Shown piece after piece: positions 1 through 10,881 of a stretch of 64,000 nt of DNA. Made by a program: the position numbers and the translations under genes. Below the pieces are notes generated by a model, which was given only the letters and a program-made list of their open reading frames with translations, did no database searches and was not told the DNA's origin. The stretch's first letter is position 1; every line of letters starts with the position of its first letter. This DNA comes from Octopus sinensis (Eukaryota): contig NC_042998.1 of the NCBI RefSeq assembly GCF_006345805.1, positions 147,560,001-147,624,000 of the forward strand. The letters run 5' to 3'.

Positions 1-71
1 CGATGGCGATGGCGATGGCTATGGCGATGGCGATGGCTATGGCGATGGCGATGGCTATGGCGATGGCGATG
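1..71. repeat. Hexamer satellite (ATGGCG/ATGGCT)n with 18-bp higher-order period; cut by window start
   Basis: ATGGCG-ATGGCG-ATGGCT is repeated in register. Confidence 0.95.
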
Positions 72-384
72 TAATATTTGTTTCTCTCTATGACGCTCAT
101 AAAAGCATTGATGTACATGTGTGCGTGCGTGAGTGTGTGTGTGTCATTCCTCACACACACGCATACACATACATATATGAGAGTGGCAAACACAAACGTT
201 TCAAACAACTACATACAAACACGTGTGTGTTTGTTATTAGTAAAAAAATGCGCCAAAACACAACTCACTTATCATTCCAACACATTTGCAAAGACACACG
301 GATGGTCGAATAACAATACAGAAAAGGTAAATAGGTTTTTTTTACTCTGTATATATTTTATTATATAATATTATATATAGATAT

Positions 385-1214
385 ATGTTATATAATTGCA
401 CCAAACCGCCCGAAAAAAATTTTGGTTAATGTGACCAAGCCGCCCGAATTTACCTATTCATATTTAAATGAGAATATCAGAGTAAATCTCTTTAGTACAT
501 TCGTGAAAATACGTATTATACTTCGTAAACACTTCAAATACAGTTTTGTACAAAAATCGAAGTGTAATTTTAATTCCGTGATTATGGGAGATTTTTTTTC
601 CGAAATTTGTTCCTATTGTGTTTTCAAAATTTGTAATTCTGACAAAAATGGATACGAATTTCATTATATCAAGCAGCGAGTCAGAATTCGAAGGATTTTC
701 TACTGAAGACCTTCATAAATCTAACTCTATGACTGAAAAAAAAAAGCATGTGGTATTTGATCTCAACCTAAACAAAGCGAAAGAAACGATAGTTTGTTAT
801 TTCCCACAACCTTAAATGAAATTAAGGCCTATTTTGCCATAAATATTATTATGGGTATTAGAAAGTTACCCAGAATAACAAATTCTATCGTAAAATTTTG
901 TTGTATACCCATTGAATATTAGCTAATAACCCATTTTCTATAGCGATGTTTGAACAAAATTTTAATAATTTTATATATTGTTGAATTTACCTGTATCTAC
1001 CTGCAATTAGAGTCACTTTGTGACAAAAATTATAGTATAGAATTGGTTGAGAACATTTCACTAAATTATCTTCCAAAAATCAGATTAATGTATTCATAAA
1101 TAAAAAAGTTATAGTTGTTTAATGAAACCAGACTAAATTTATGATTACGTTAGAAATTAATTGAAACACATAAGGGGTGTATTTTGGTCAGAAATATAGT
1201 AACGAAAGGGTTAA
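385..1214. mobile_element. piggyBac-like non-autonomous element; left terminus decayed
   Basis: Right end reads GTAACGAAAGGG|TTAA (1199-1214), the piggyBac CCCTTT/TTAA pattern. A subterminal CCAA-CCGCCCGAA motif occurs twice at ~401-450. An acidic SSSESEFEGF peptide lies at ~670-700. Right end resembles fragments at 26590-26690 and 29610-29930. Confidence 0.55.
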
Positions 1215-1322
1215 GAAAAACCAAAAAATATTTTATTCTTTGTAAATGTTGTGTTCAAAATAACATTTCCTTTTAAGAATGTGTATATAACAAAGTATGT
1301 GTATATAACTACGTGGCTTATA

Positions 1323-1718
1323 TCTTTATATATAAGAGTGAAGTTGTGTGTCTGTCTCCTACGATTTAGATTCGTAACTACTCCCACATTTTGCGGTGTA
1401 GTTTAACCAAAAGCGGGTATCTTATAGTCGTGATTCACATCGAGCCCTTCTGGGTATTAGCGCGCGTCTACGATGAGTCTACGATTTAAAAAAATTTACC
1501 ATCATATTTTTCCATTTTAATGCATATTTTTCGTTATTATATAAGGGAAGTAACTCTCTAAAAATATCTACGATGTGTCAACGATTTAAAAAAAAAATTA
1601 CCTTAATTTTTTTTCAATTTTTAATGCATTTTTTTGCTATTTTTTGGCTATAACTCTCTAAAAATGCTTATATAGTTATTTCCCTTACAAACCCGAGCAA
1701 CGCCGGGCGATACTGCTA

Positions 1719-1719
<1 letters not shown>
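1323..1719 (+). mobile_element. Non-autonomous Helitron
   Basis: Starts A|TC at 1322/1323 and ends CTAG|T at 1716-1720. A GC hairpin CCCG-agcaacgc-CGGG (1692-1707) precedes the end. No TSD. Internal 100-bp tandem duplication. Confidence 0.88.
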
Positions 1720-1752
<33 letters not shown>

Positions 1753-1756
<4 letters not shown>

Positions 1757-2143
1757 TCATCATCATCATCATCATTTAGCGTCCGTTTTCCATGCTAGCA
1801 TGGGTTGGACGGTTCTACTGGGGTCTGTGAAGCCAGAAGGCTTCATCAGGCCCAGTCAAATCTGGCAGTGTTTCTACGGCTGGGTGCCCTTCCTAACGCC
1901 AACCACTCCGTGAGTGTAGTGGGTGCTTTTTACGTGCCACCCGCACTGGTGCCAGACAGAGCTGGCAAACGGCCACGAACGGATGGTGCTTTTTATGTGC
2001 CACCGGCACGAGGGCCAGGCGAGGCTGGCAACAGACACGAAACGGGGCGGTGCTGGCAACGGTCGCGAAACGGAAAGTTCTCTTACATGCCACCGGCACT
2101 GGTAACACATCTGCAATTTCCATTGATCGATTTCGATTCTGAT
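1753..2143 (-). mobile_element. 5'-truncated RTE LINE 3' UTR copy with (ATG)n tail
   Basis: Reverse complement of the 3' UTR at ~4240-4723; (CAT)n at 1753-1775; (TA)n on both sides. Confidence 0.9.
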
Positions 2144-2237
2144 ATATATATATATATATAAATATAATATATATATATATAAATATATATATATATATGT
2201 ATATAAATATATATATATATATATATAAATATTATAT

Positions 2238-2332
<95 letters not shown>

Positions 2333-2341
2333 AATATATAT

Positions 2342-2412
<71 letters not shown>

Positions 2413-2429
2413 AAATATATATATATATA

Positions 2430-2460
<31 letters not shown>

Positions 2461-2470
2461 AATATATATA

Positions 2471-2529
<59 letters not shown>

Positions 2530-2550
2530 AATATATAATATATATATAAT

Positions 2551-2603
<53 letters not shown>
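2144..2603. repeat. (TA)n / (TATAAA)-interrupted microsatellite
   Basis: Seen directly; source of the YIYI ORFs in the track. Confidence 0.97.
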
Positions 2604-2610
<7 letters not shown>

Positions 2611-2971
2611 ACTTCTTTCAGCTTCTGACAATCAAATCCACTCACAAGGCTTTGGTCAGCCCAAGGCTATAATAGAAGACACTTCCCCAAGGTACCAGAA
2701 ACTAACATTACAACAGCTGAAGAAATACACCAATTATTGAACTGTTGACATAGAAACTTCTGTATGTGAGTCTCCATAACCGTATCAGTCCTCTATTTCC
2801 AATGATACTGAGGTCTATCTCTTGTCACACACACATGTATACACTAGGTTCAGGAAAAAGTTTGTGTGCTGTGTTAAAATAATGCTTTTTTTATATATTT
2901 TTGTGGTGTGTGTGTTCACTCAGTTCATGCCATGTTCAATGGTGACTCACGTGGCACAAACTTTTTCCTCA

Positions 2972-4723
2972 ATAAGGTGAGGGTTGGCAACGAGTACAGT
3001 GAAGAATTCCGGGTAGAGGTTGGGGTCCACCAAGGCTCAGTCCTCAGTCCCCTCCTATTTATCATAGTCCTCCAGGCAATAACGGAGGAATTCAAGACAG
3101 GATGCCCCTGGGAGCTCCTCTATGCTGATGACCTTGCTCTAATTGCTGAGTCACTATCAGAACTGGAGGATAAGTTTCAGGTGTGGAAGCAAGGATTAGA
3201 ATTGAAGGGCCTTAGAATCAACCTAGCCAAAACCAAAGTCCTAATAAGTAGGAAGGTAGACCAATCACAAATGCCTTCAGGTAGATGGCCCTGCTCGATC
3301 TGTAAAAAAGGTGTAGGTAGAAACTCAATAAGGTGCACCAAGTGTAAGCTATGGACACATAAGAGGTGCAGCAATGTCAAAGGAAGGCTAACTAGGAAAA
3401 TAGTTTTTGTCTGTGGCAGATGCTCAGGAGCAATAAACACTGAAAATGTGCAGAGACCAACTTCTACCACGTTCCAGGGAGAAAAACTAGAAGTAGTTGA
3501 TAGCTTCCGCTACCTAGGTGACCAAGTCAGTAGTGGGGGTGGGTGTGCTGAAAGTGTAACTGCTAGAGTAAGAATAGCCTGAGCAAATTTCAGAGAGCTC
3601 TTACCCCTGCTGGTGACAAAAGGCCTCTCACTCAGAGTAAAAGGCAGACTGTATGATGCATGTGTACGTACAGCCATGCTACATGGTAGTGAAACATGGG
3701 CTGTGAATGCTGAGGATATGCGTAAGCTCGCAAGAAATGAAGCCAGTATGCTCCAATGGATGTGTAATGTCAGTGTTCATAATCGACAGAGTGTAAGTAC
3801 CTTGAGAGAAAAGTTGGACCTAAGAAGCATCAGTTGTGGTGTGCAAGAGAGACGTCTGCGCTGGTATGGGCATGTGACGAGAATGGGTGAAGATAGTTGT
3901 GTGCAAAAGTGCCACACCCTAGCAGTTGAGGGAACCTGTGGAAGAGGTAGACCCAGGAAAACCTGGGACGAGGTGGTGAAGCACGACCTTCGAACTTTAG
4001 GTCTCACCAAGGAAATGACTAGAGACCGAGACCTATGGAAGTATGCTGTGCGTGAGAAGACCCCTCAAGACTAGTGAGACCATAACCTGTGGCCTCTACC
4101 TGGTATGTAGCCAGTCGACTTATACATACCTTTCCTTCTTGGGACACAAAACTCCACTTGGGAAGACCCGTTGAGGCAAGTGAAAATCAAAATCAAAATC
4201 AAACCAAATCAAATCAGATATCAGAAAGCAGAACCAAAATCGAAGTCGATCAACATCAATGGAAATTGCAGCTGTGATACCAGTGCCGGTGACAAGTAAG
4301 CGAACCATCCGATCGTGGCCATTGCCAGCCTCGCTTGGCCCCGTGCCAGTGGCACATAAAAAGCACCATCCATTCGTGGCCATTGCCAGCCTCGCCTGGC
4401 CCCCGTGCCGGTGGCATGTAAAAAGCACCATCTGATCGTGGCCGTTACCAGCCTCGCCTGGCCCCCGTGCCGGTGGCACATAAAAAGCACCATCCGTCCG
4501 TGGCCGTTTGCTAGCTCTGTCTGGCACCTGTGCGGGTGACATGTAAAAAGCACCCACTACACTCATGGAGTGGTTGGCGTTAGGAAGGGCATCCAGCCGT
4601 AGAAACACTACCAGATCAGACTGGGCCTGATGCAGCCTTCTGGCTGCACAGACCCCAGTTGAACCGTCCAACCAATGCTAGCATGGAAAGCGGACACTAA
4701 ATGATGATGATGATGATGATGAT
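2972..4723 (+). mobile_element. RTE-clade LINE, 5'-truncated: RT domains 4-7, PHD finger, C-terminus, 3' UTR and (ATG)n tail
   Basis: Motifs GVHQGSVLSPLLF, LLYADDL, GLRINLAKTKV, FRYLGD, RRLRWYGHV and GRGRPRKTW. ORFs 2908-3582 and 3613-4074 are in one frame, separated by a single TGA (3580-3582) at a Trp position. Confidence 0.96.
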
Positions 4724-6021
4724 ATATATATATATATATATGTGTATATGATGGAGGGCACCAATTCCCAATGTATTGCTAATTACATCAAAACCAGTAC
4801 TTATTATATATTGATATTTATTTCAGAAAGATGAAAGTTAAAAGTCCAATGGCGTGGGAAATAAGACTGTAGGAGGACATTATCAAATAGCACAAGGTAT
4901 TTTTTCTTTTAGCAATAGTCTACAGACCCTGGAATCTGCCATTTTATGAGTAATTTTGTGTCTGTCTGTCTGTTTGTCCATCTGTCTACTGAATAACTTT
5001 CTGATTACTGAAGATATGGGTGTGCAGTCATTTTTATTACATGCTTTTGTGTGTGAAAGAGAGAAAATATATGTGTATATGTAAGCTCTTGTTAAATAAC
5101 TATGATTGTTCCAAGTATGTATGTGTGTATGTGTGTTCTTGTTAAATAACTATATGCTTGCTGTAGTTATTGTGTATATCTGCATGCGTATACATACACA
5201 CACACACACAATTTTTGTTAGAATGTTTGTGTGTGAGTGCGTGTTTATGTTTGTGTGTTAGCTCTTGTTAAATAACTAAGATTGCAGCAGGTATGTATGT
5301 GTAAGCTTTCATTTTTGTTAGAAAGCTTGTGTGTGTGTGTTCCAGTAATGTTTGTCCACTTGGTATGTGTTCTACTGTGGACATTGAAAACATCCCATTT
5401 ACCCAAGTCAAGGTCAACTTGGAATCAATGATAATAACAGGAAGCATCATGATGGTGGGTGGTGGTAGGAGAGGGGAGGACAGAGGTGGTCGTGAGTGAA
5501 GCTGGCAGAGTGGTGGTGGTTCAAGTGAAGCTGGTGGAGTGGGGGTTGTGGTGGTTCTGCCTACCAAAAGCTGTTCTATTGATTCCATGGTGCTGCTATG
5601 TGTATTGGCTTTAAACAAACGAAGAATCCTGGTTGAGTAAACAGAGCTGCTTGTAATATTTTTATTTGCTGGGCTATAAAAGATACATCTTGACAGCAGG
5701 AAAAAAAAAAGGGATGTGGTGATAGCCATGCTTGTACAGAGAGTAAAGTAAGTGGAATGGGGCCCCAGCAAGGAAATGAAACCTAATTGTAGAGTCAGTT
5801 TGCAGAGGAACTACCTCCTGCACCTGGTATGTTAGAAAATGTGTATACACATATACACACACACACATGTGTGTGTGTGTAAGCATAAATAAAAACACAC
5901 ACACACAAATATAAGCATATATAAACACACACATGCATGCATGCACACACACACACACACAATTTTCAGTCAGCAAGTTTCACTCACAAAGCATTGGTGA
6001 ATTGCAGCCATGCAGTCCCGT

Positions 6022-6055
<34 letters not shown>

Positions 6056-6392
6056 GAGGAGGGAAGGAGAGAAAGGAGAGAGAGGGAAAAAAAGAAAGAG
6101 AGTTGCAGCAATCCACTTGATTAAAATTTAACTCTGTAATGGGTATAGTTGGATCATTTTTGTGATGTTGCCTGGAGAGAGATGACCTATCCAGGGGTAG
6201 CTTTCACACTCACTCACTCAGCAAGCCGCAATAATGGAATTAATAAGTGCAAACACAACCATGTGGTTTTAGGTTTAAGCTCAGTGAATGACAGCTTAGA
6301 AAAGTTTCAGCTACAATGGGTGGAAGGTTTTTCAAACATTTGCTTGACACTCACACTCTAACAAGATGAAATTTGGTTGATAGACACCAGTC

Positions 6393-7140
6393 AATTTCTT
6401 TATTAACCATGAGGTAGAGAAAAAGAGGGAATGATACGAGGACAGACAAAACAAACATTGGGGTCAGGGTATCGAATGAGACGAAACATGAATAAACAAA
6501 CAATTAAAATATATACAATTAAATGAGAATGAGTGATTTACAAAAAATGAAATGGATGATGCGGTAGACCCCACAAACCACATACTCACACTGAAGACTT
6601 TGCTTTCTCCTTTTTATATTCTTGTTTAAACAGGTTCTTTCACTCACAACATACTTGCTATAGACTTCCATCTTTTATGAAACACACTTTGCAACAGGCA
6701 TTTCTTCTCCAGCCTTATTTTCTGTTTCATGTGGAAAATGAAAAAGTCAATAAGCTCGAGACTGGAGATGAACATGCCTGTTGCAATTCCTTTCACTCTC
6801 ATCTTCCATACTACCTCTTTCGCAACAGCAACTACCGAGAGAAAACAGGCTCACTCCTCTCTATTCAGGGAGGTTGGCAGAACGATCTTAATTACAGATT
6901 TGCTCAACAGTTGTACTCATCTCGAATGCGACAGCAAGTGTTCGAGATAAGCCTAAAGCTCAGTTACCTTGGGGCATTGCACAATCATGTGCAGGACAAT
7001 TTCACTGTCCTGCTCACATCTTGCACAAACTAGCGAAAGTGCACACCCATGTCAGGGCGACACCTTATCTTCATGAGTAGTTCTTAATCCAAAGCTCTCA
7101 TTTAACACCATCACCTGGTTTGTGGCTGACTCAACCTGTT
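6393..7140 (-). mobile_element. Tx1/L1-clade LINE 3' fragment with C-terminal zinc knuckle and 3' UTR
   Basis: Minus-strand translation (with stops) gives CARCEQDSEIVLHMIVQCPKV...KEVVWKMR...KIRLEKKCL, a CCHC knuckle. Stop at 6644-6646. UTR ends AATAAAGAAAT at ~6393. Confidence 0.8.
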
Positions 7141-7228
7141 AATTCCCACGTTTTTTTTTTTTTTATTAATAAATTTATTATCAGAAAACAGTTCTTTATA
7201 ATAATGCATCAATTCATTCTTGTTATGT

Positions 7229-7445
7229 TATCTTTTACCTTTTACTTGTTTCACTCATTGGACTGGAAGTATGCTGGGGCACCACCTTGAAGAATTTTTT
7301 AGTCAAATGAACTGATCCCAGTACTTTTTATTTTTAAAACCTTGTACTTATTCTATCAGTCTCTTTTGCTAAACTGCTAAGTTATGAAGCTGTAAACATA
7401 CCAACACCAGTTGTCAAACAGTGGTGGGGGACAAAGACACAAAAA
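7229..7445 (-). mobile_element. tRNA-derived CORE-type SINE, 3' half
   Basis: Tail GGTGCCCCAGCAT...GAAACAAGTAAAAG on minus strand, shared with the full copies. Confidence 0.8.
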
Positions 7446-7985
7446 CACACACACATAGATACAAACAAACACACACACACACATTCAAGTAAAGGTCATA
7501 AACCTTATTAAGGGATAATAAATCCAAATGAAAATACTGGTTAGTTACCAATCCATAGATATATGTGTTCATGATAGATGATTCATTGATGCAATTGACT
7601 TTGAAATGCCAGAGTTTCAACCTTACTACATGTCTCCTTAGTTAAAGTTACTCTCACTGGACTGATGAATTTACGAAGAGTTAGCAGAGGTCAGCAAATA
7701 ATTTGTTTGTAGATTTCTATAAACACTACCCTCTGAAAAAAATTACTTCATATTTCACAGTAGGCAGCCATGTTTACCAGGTATGTGAATCCTCCATGTG
7801 TCAACATGGGCTTCCTAATGACAAGGTAAACTTCATTTAATCAAGACACCTTTGGCCTGAAGAGTAGTCGGTGGTATACATCTCGCTTGGATATTTACCA
7901 CTTCTGAGGTTCTGCTCGCTATGAAACATATGTAGCCCTGATCTTATCTACTCCATTCTGTAACTCTTGTATGTATGTATATATA

Positions 7986-8367
7986 TACTCTTTTACTTGT
8001 TTCAGTCATCTGACTGCAGCCGTGCTAGAGCAACACCTTTAGTCGAGCAAATCAACCCCAGGACTTATTTTTTGTAAGCCTAGTACTTATTCTATCGGTC
8101 TCTTGTGCTGAAGCACTAAGTTACAGGGACATAAACACACCAAGATCGGTTGTCAAGCGATGCTGGGGCGGGGGACACACAAACATATACACACATACAT
8201 ATAAGACAGGCTTCTTTCAGTTTCCGTCTACCAAATCCACTCACAAGGCTTTGGTTGGCCCAAGGCTATAGTAGAAGACACTTGGCCAAGGCGCCACGCA
8301 GTGGGACTGAACCCGGAACCATGTGGTTAGTAAGCAAGCTACTTACCACACAGCCACTCCTGTGCCT
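7986..8367 (-). mobile_element. tRNA-derived CORE-type SINE (octopus OR-like), full length
   Basis: tRNA head with A box (TGGCTGTGTGG) and B box (GGTTCAGTCCC), CTTGGCCAAGTGTCTTCTAC core, and (AGTAAA)n-type tail. A partial second copy lies at 8392-8540. Confidence 0.9.
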
Positions 8368-8611
8368 ATATATATATATATACACACACACATGACAGGC
8401 TTCTTTCAATCTCTATCTACCAAATCCATTTACAAGGTTTTGGTCAGCCCAAAGCTATAATAGAAGACATTTGCCCAAGTGGGACTGAACCCAGAACCAT
8501 GTGATTGGGAAGCAAACTTCTTACCTCACAGCCACGCCTATCTGTTCTGACAGATTGAAAGGTATCTGATTGCTGTTGTTTGTCAACAGAGAATGCCTTC
8601 ACCCATTAGAT

Positions 8612-8898
8612 CATTTTAGGACACCACCTCCCCCTCATAACACTCAGCAACCCCACTCCTATTTTTATGCATAAATATTTTACTAATTTATATATACAAT
8701 GAATCATTTGATATTTAATATAATATTATATAGTTTGTATACAATACTATAATATTATGAATTCATAGCGTCCCCCCAATCCACTGGCTTTCTCCTAATG
8801 CTTCCTTTTTCTCTACCACCCCCTTAGACAGCACAAACCTGGACCCTCTCGACGCCGGGGGGGGGGGGACGGACTAGTGCCCAATTTTAGAACCTATG
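8612..8898. mobile_element. hAT-type MITE remnant
   Basis: Right end TTTTAGAACCTATG. Flanking 8-mers CATTAGAT (8604-8611) and CTTTAGAT (8899-8906) match 7/8. Left TIR eroded. Confidence 0.5.
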
Positions 8899-9180
8899 CT
8901 TTAGATAATGTGTGTTTATGACACATGATTCATCGATGCAATTGACTTTGAAATACCAGAGTTTCAACCTTATTACATGTCTCCTTAGTTAAAGTTACTC
9001 TCACTGGACTGATGAATTTAAGAAGAGTTAGCAGAAATCAGCAAATAATTTGTTAGCTGATCCAAGGGTAGAAGACACTTACCCAAAGTGCCACATAGCA
9101 GAACTGGACCAAAAACCATGTGGCTGAGAAGCAAACTTCTGAACTACACACCTGCACCTACCTTTATGACTAATAAAATA

Positions 9181-9619
9181 TGGTAGAATTCTGGTTTAAG
9201 CACCCCATATCTTTTATATTTTTTCATAATTTTCAGACAATTTTTGCAAATGTGTTCTACATTTGGGAATTTATACAAAATAACAAAAACAACATTTTTT
9301 GCGTGTGATTTAAGGGTGATTCAGGTGTTATTTTTAGTACGTCTCATGACCACATGATACCTTCCTCATTTCTTTGTCACTCTGACATGTATTGATGTTT
9401 TTCAATATTTTTCTTCCCATAAACACATTTAAAGGAATGATGATGCTCCCAAGTGTGGTCCATTGCTGGGATTTAAGCAAAATATTCAGACCGTCCATAT
9501 TTTAAACACTGATTAAAAAAAAAAATTGAGAAAGAGTAAAACTTTTAGGATTTATGGGGGTGAGGGCTTCAAAAAATTTATGAGGGGTTATATGGGATGC
9601 TTAAACCAGAATTCTGCCA
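9181..9619. mobile_element. MITE with ~29-bp terminal inverted repeats
   Basis: TGGTAGAATTCTGGTTTAAGCACCCCATA (9181-9209) matches the reverse complement of 9591-9619 with 2 mismatches. No ORF. Confidence 0.85.
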
Positions 9620-10067
9620 AATATATATCGATTGAATATAATTGTGGGTGAAATATTAATAATTATTTTTATGGTCTTAATAAAAAGAGACATGAGCATT
9701 AATGGGTTTAAGAAGAAGTTATTTCAATGCATGCAGTGCTCTAGCTTGAAGATACCATCCTGTAGCACTACCAGTCTTGGAGATGCTGTAAAAAGGGGCC
9801 TGAGTGTTACTCTTTAACTTCTGACTAAATCACTGAACTTTTTTTTTGAAGCACAAATCCTGGCAAAGTCCCTTGGGACAACACCTGGAAGAATTTTGCA
9901 CCACTATTCCATAATCTCTAAGTTAACAAAGGCAACGTAGAATTCACTGCCTAGACTAGAGGCCCAACAAAATATAATCGTATAAATTCCCAAAACATGC
10001 AATTGGTTTGAACATGGAATAACATTTTAATAATTTATTGTTCTACTCAACTATCTTTCTTCTACAT

Positions 10068-10881
10068 CAGTGATTCTTCTCCTGATTGGTAGCATACCTG
10101 TGGGGTACAGTAACCTTACAAAAAAAAAGGGTGTGTGACTGGGGTGGTGGGGCAATGTCAAAGAAGTGCTGGGTATTTAGAGAGGGTGGAATTTTTCATA
10201 GAAAGAAAATATTTAACCCTTTAGCATTCGAACCAGCCATATCAGGCCCAAATATTCTAATTGTTTTATGTTCAAACTGATCAGAACAAGCTTCTCACAC
10301 CTACCCAACAATGTTATTCTAAAGATAAACAATCTCAAAGCTATGAGATAATGCATTATTAAGTCAAAACAAGTTGAATAAATAAGTATTTCATTTGACT
10401 GAGTAATCTGAATGCTAAAGGCTTGAACCAGGTTCAATACTTATTCTTTTTAAACACATTTTAAAAATCATAATAGTCAAGATTAAAATACTTATGTTAT
10501 AGACATTGTGCTATCAGTGAGCAGAAAATATGGCTGATGATGCACTAATGTTATATATAATTTCATTATAAAGACTAAAATAATAAAGTTATATCAAATC
10601 TTGGTGTAGTAAGTCATCACCTTTTTTTTAGTAATCTCAACACAAACTGACCACAGAAGGCGCTAATCCTTGCAAATATCTAAAAAGAGGTACATACTGG
10701 ATGGATTAGTGTTAGAAAACTTGGGTAATAAAATCAATAAACCCCTAAACAAAATTAACAGCATTTTTAATTAAAATAATGTTTTCTATTTTTTTTTATC
10801 AAAATCTAGGGAGGAGTCATTAGTAAACCACCATTTGGTGAAGGGAAGAGGCACTGGGTTACAAAAGGTTGATAACCGCTG
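10068..10881. mobile_element. hAT (Charlie-like) non-autonomous element
   Basis: Termini CAGTGATTC... and ...GATAACCGCTG. 8-bp TSD TTCTACAT (10060-10067) / ATCTACAT (10882-10889), 7/8 match. Confidence 0.7.
10217..10422. mobile_element. piggyBac-type MITE nested in the hAT element
   Basis: TTAA|CCCTTTAGCATTC ... GAATGCTAAAGG inverted termini. Confidence 0.85.

Noticed and set aside
4310-4550. Regularly spaced ~62-bp repeats as a CRISPR array
   Set aside because: Units are similar along their whole length with no unique spacers, lie in a LINE UTR, and no cas genes are present.
4120-4671. 183-aa ORF and relatives at 1805-2161, 17587-17904 and 58907-59575
   Set aside because: Antisense read-through of the GC-rich RTE 3' UTR repeats.
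7986-8367. SINE heads as tRNA genes (here and in other copies)
   Set aside because: A and B boxes run into SINE core and tail; no complete cloverleaf.
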